From positions 21,761 through 82,783 of the forward strand of contig JBHEMM010000004.1 in the NCBI GenBank assembly GCA_046262595.1: a stretch of 61,023 nucleotides of DNA, written 5' to 3'. Source of the stretch: Vulcanimicrobiaceae bacterium. GTDB lineage: Bacteria; Vulcanimicrobiota; Vulcanimicrobiia; Vulcanimicrobiales; Vulcanimicrobiaceae. Positions within the stretch are counted from its first letter, which is position 1. Every line of letters begins with the position of its first letter. This document shows, in pieces, positions 58,498 to 61,023 of this stretch. The translations under genes and the position numbers were made by a program. Below the pieces are notes generated by a model. The model had not been told where the DNA came from and made no database searches. It saw only the letters and a list, made by a program, of their open reading frames with translations.

Positions 58498-60015
58498 ATG
58501 ATGCTCCGCTTGCCCGGGCGGCTGCTCGTGTGCGCTCTCATCGCCGCAGTGAGCGCCTGCCAAGCGCGCGGCGGCGGATCCGTTCTGCGGATTGCGGATC
58601 TGGCGAACCCGACTTCACTCAATCCGCTCCTTGCGCACGACCAGGAAACGATCGGCAACGATCTGCTCGTCGTGCAGACGCTCACCGGACTCGACGAGCA
58701 CAACCGCGAGGTGCCGCTGCTGCTCGCGCGCATGCCGCGGATTTCTCGCGACCGGCGCCGCATCGTGTACCGCCTTCGCCGCGGCGTGCGCTTCGCCGAC
58801 GGCGTCGAACTCACGTCGGCCGACGTCGCCTTCACGTTCCGCGCGATCGCAGATACGCGCAATCCCGTTCTTTCTCAGGATTCGTACCGCCGCATTGCCT
58901 CGCTTACGGCACCCGATCGCTATACGGTCATCGTCAATCTGAAGCGCCCATGGAACGCCGCGGTGAACGATCTCTTCGCCCAATCCGATTTTGCCTTCGG
59001 AATTTTACCGGCGCACGCGTTCAAGAGCACCGCCTTGCAAGGCGCCGATTGGGAGAATCATGCGTTCGGCACCGGGCCCTACCGGGTGGTGCAGTGGCGC
59101 CGCGGCGACCGCATCGAGCTTGCAGCAAATCCATACTTTTCGCCCAAGCCGAAAATTGAACGCATCGAACTACGGATGATTCCCAGCGCCAATACGGCCT
59201 CGCTCGCGCTGCGCTCGGGAGAGGTCGATATCGCGCCGCTCGATACGCCGCAAGCCATCGCGCTGGCCATGCGCGCGCGCGGAATTACGGTCGTGCGCAC
59301 GCCGCTCAACGGCACGGAATGGATTACCGTGCAAACGACGGCACCCGGAACGAGCGGTGCGGCGGTGCGGCGCGCAATCGCCGGCAGCATCGACATGCGT
59401 TCGGTCGCAAAGACGTTCGGCAGCGTGTACCCTGAGGCGGCATCCTTTCTGCCGCCGGTCATGCGAGGTTTTTACGATAGCAGCGTCCGGCCGTACGTGC
59501 GCGCTGCGCTCCCGGCCTACGCCGGCGAATTGACGCTCGTCATTCAGGGCGAGAATCCGCTTTGGACGCGCATCGCCACCACCGTACAGCAAGACTTGGA
59601 CCGCGCGGGTTTCCGCGTTACCATAAAAACGTTTCCGACGGCGCTGTTCAATGCGCCGGACGGCCCGATCCGCAACGGACGCTTTACGCTCGCAATCGAC
59701 GGCTGGCTGGGCGGGGGCGATCCCGAACAGTCGATCGTATTCACGTGCGCGCAAGCCGGCGTGAACGGCGATAATATATCGCGCTTCTGCGACCCGCGGT
59801 TTGAGGCGCTGTTCGCCGATCAGGCCGTCACGCGCGACTCGGCGCGGCGCCGCGCCGACTTCATGCAGATGCAGCGGATCGTCCATGAGAACGCTCCGGT
59901 CATTCCCCTGTATTACATGACGTGGTTCGACGGCGTGAACCGACGCGTGCGCGGATTCGCGCGCAACATGCTGCAGTATCCCGTCGCCCCCGAAACGTGG
60001 TCTTTAGCGCGCTAA
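58498..60015 (+). CDS. Peptide ABC transporter substrate-binding lipoprotein (family 5)
   Basis: Lipobox VSAC; LRRGVRFADGVELTSADVAFT, GTGPY, IPLYY. Confidence 0.9.
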   Translation: MMLRLPGRLLVCALIAAVSACQARGGGSVLRIADLANPTSLNPLLAHDQETIGNDLLVVQTLTGLDEHNREVPLLLARMPRISRDRRRIVYRLRRGVRFADGVELTSADVAFTFRAIADTRNPVLSQDSYRRIASLTAPDRYTVIVNLKRPWNAAVNDLFAQSDFAFGILPAHAFKSTALQGADWENHAFGTGPYRVVQWRRGDRIELAANPYFSPKPKIERIELRMIPSANTASLALRSGEVDIAPLDTPQAIALAMRARGITVVRTPLNGTEWITVQTTAPGTSGAAVRRAIAGSIDMRSVAKTFGSVYPEAASFLPPVMRGFYDSSVRPYVRAALPAYAGELTLVIQGENPLWTRIATTVQQDLDRAGFRVTIKTFPTALFNAPDGPIRNGRFTLAIDGWLGGGDPEQSIVFTCAQAGVNGDNISRFCDPRFEALFADQAVTRDSARRRADFMQMQRIVHENAPVIPLYYMTWFDGVNRRVRGFARNMLQYPVAPETWSLAR

Positions 60016-61023
60016 TCTCCAGCGCGCCGCATTCCAGGTCGGCAAAAACGCATTCGGACCGAAACCCCGCAATTGCGCGCGGTACGCATAGATATATTGC
60101 GCATCGAACAGGTACAGAATCGGCACGTCGGCTGCGACGATGCGCTGGATGCGTCCGTAGAGCGCTTTGCGCGCCGGCTGCGCGGGCGTCGAAAGCGCTT
60201 GGCGTTCCAGCGCGTCGACACGCGGGTTGCAGTAGCGCATGTAGTTCGAAGCGCCGGCGCAGCTGAGGATCGACGAGTCGTCCGGATCCGCACCCATGGT
60301 GAACGGGACGTACGCGAGGTCGAAATCGCCGCTCGCCAGCGTGCCGCCGCGAGCGGAAGGCAAAAACAGTTGCGCGTTGCTGACCGACTTCAACTCCACG
60401 CTGATGCCGCGTTCGCGCAGCTCTGCTTGAATATCGGTCGCGACGCGCACGCCCGTGGCCGATTCGGGAAACTGCACGTAGACCAGCGCGAGCGCTTTGC
60501 CGTTCTTGCTGCGCACACCGCCCGGACCCCGGGGCCAGCCCGCCGCATCGAGCAGCGCATCGGCGGCGCGCGGATCGTACGCCGGCTCGTGCACCGCGGG
60601 ATCGTACGCCCATGAAAAGCGCGGCTGCAGGACGTCGGTGACCGGGTAATGGCCCAGCGTGATTTTCTTGCTGATCTGCGTGCGGTCGATCGCCATCGCG
60701 AGCGCGCGCCGCACGCGCACGTCGTTGAGCGGCGCATGAGAAAGATTCAGAACTGCGCCGGCGACAACGGCTGTCGGAACGTCGGCGTAGCGGATGGAAC
60801 CGGCGTTGGCAAGCGTGCGCTGCTGCGAAGGCGCGATCAGATTCCAGTCTAATCCGCCGGCGCGCAGCAGCACCAGATTCGTTTGGGGATCAGGAATGAT
60901 GCGGATGTCCAAGCCGCCGTTTCGCGGCGTGCCGCGCCAATAGCGCGCGTTCGGACGGTACGCGATGGACTCGCCGCGATGCCAGGAAACGAACGTGTAT
61001 GGGCCGTCGCCTACGGCGGGCGC
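60004..61023 (-). CDS. Peptide ABC transporter substrate-binding protein (5' end outside window)
   Basis: Frame is open to the window end (VGDGPYTFVSW); DVRVRRALAMAIDR, ALLDAAGW. Confidence 0.9.
   Translation of the reverse strand, partial: APAVGDGPYTFVSWHRGESIAYRPNARYWRGTPRNGGLDIRIIPDPQTNLVLLRAGGLDWNLIAPSQQRTLANAGSIRYADVPTAVVAGAVLNLSHAPLNDVRVRRALAMAIDRTQISKKITLGHYPVTDVLQPRFSWAYDPAVHEPAYDPRAADALLDAAGWPRGPGGVRSKNGKALALVYVQFPESATGVRVATDIQAELRERGISVELKSVSNAQLFLPSARGGTLASGDFDLAYVPFTMGADPDDSSILSCAGASNYMRYCNPRVDALERQALSTPAQPARKALYGRIQRIVAADVPILYLFDAQYIYAYRAQLRGFGPNAFLPTWNAARWRLAR

Overview
GC-rich (roughly 63%, estimated by eye) core-genome window from a diderm Terrabacteria-type bacterium. The lineage is inferred, possibly Candidatus Eremiobacterota, from Lpt genes alongside CIRCE boxes, a short S1 and Firmicute/Actinobacteria-like gene orders. 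It holds hsp20-lon, groES-groEL (two CIRCE boxes), alr, gltA-hisBHA, a dcw cluster from mraZ to ddl (no ftsQAZ; mraY frameshifted), ppa, an S53 peptidase, slt-lptF-lptD, lnt-lptC, two KGG stress proteins, a D-aminoacylase, polA-DUF192-mutM-rpsA-coaE, pntAB and two peptide-binding proteins. I saw no mobile elements, CRISPR arrays, rRNA or tRNA. Most interesting: (1) a CofE/F420-0:gamma-glutamyl-ligase-like gene translationally coupled between murF and mraY, a candidate peptidoglycan-precursor amide ligase; (2) a 53-aa metallothionein missing from the ORF track; (3) a sigmaB/sigmaF-type promoter set, with a perfect GTTTAA-N13-GGGTAT before the KGG genes and GGG(T/C)AW boxes exactly 9 nt before start codons; (4) repeated apparent non-canonical CTG/ATC starts (gltA, ftsW, lptD, rpsA); (5) small coupled ORFs and compensating frameshifts.
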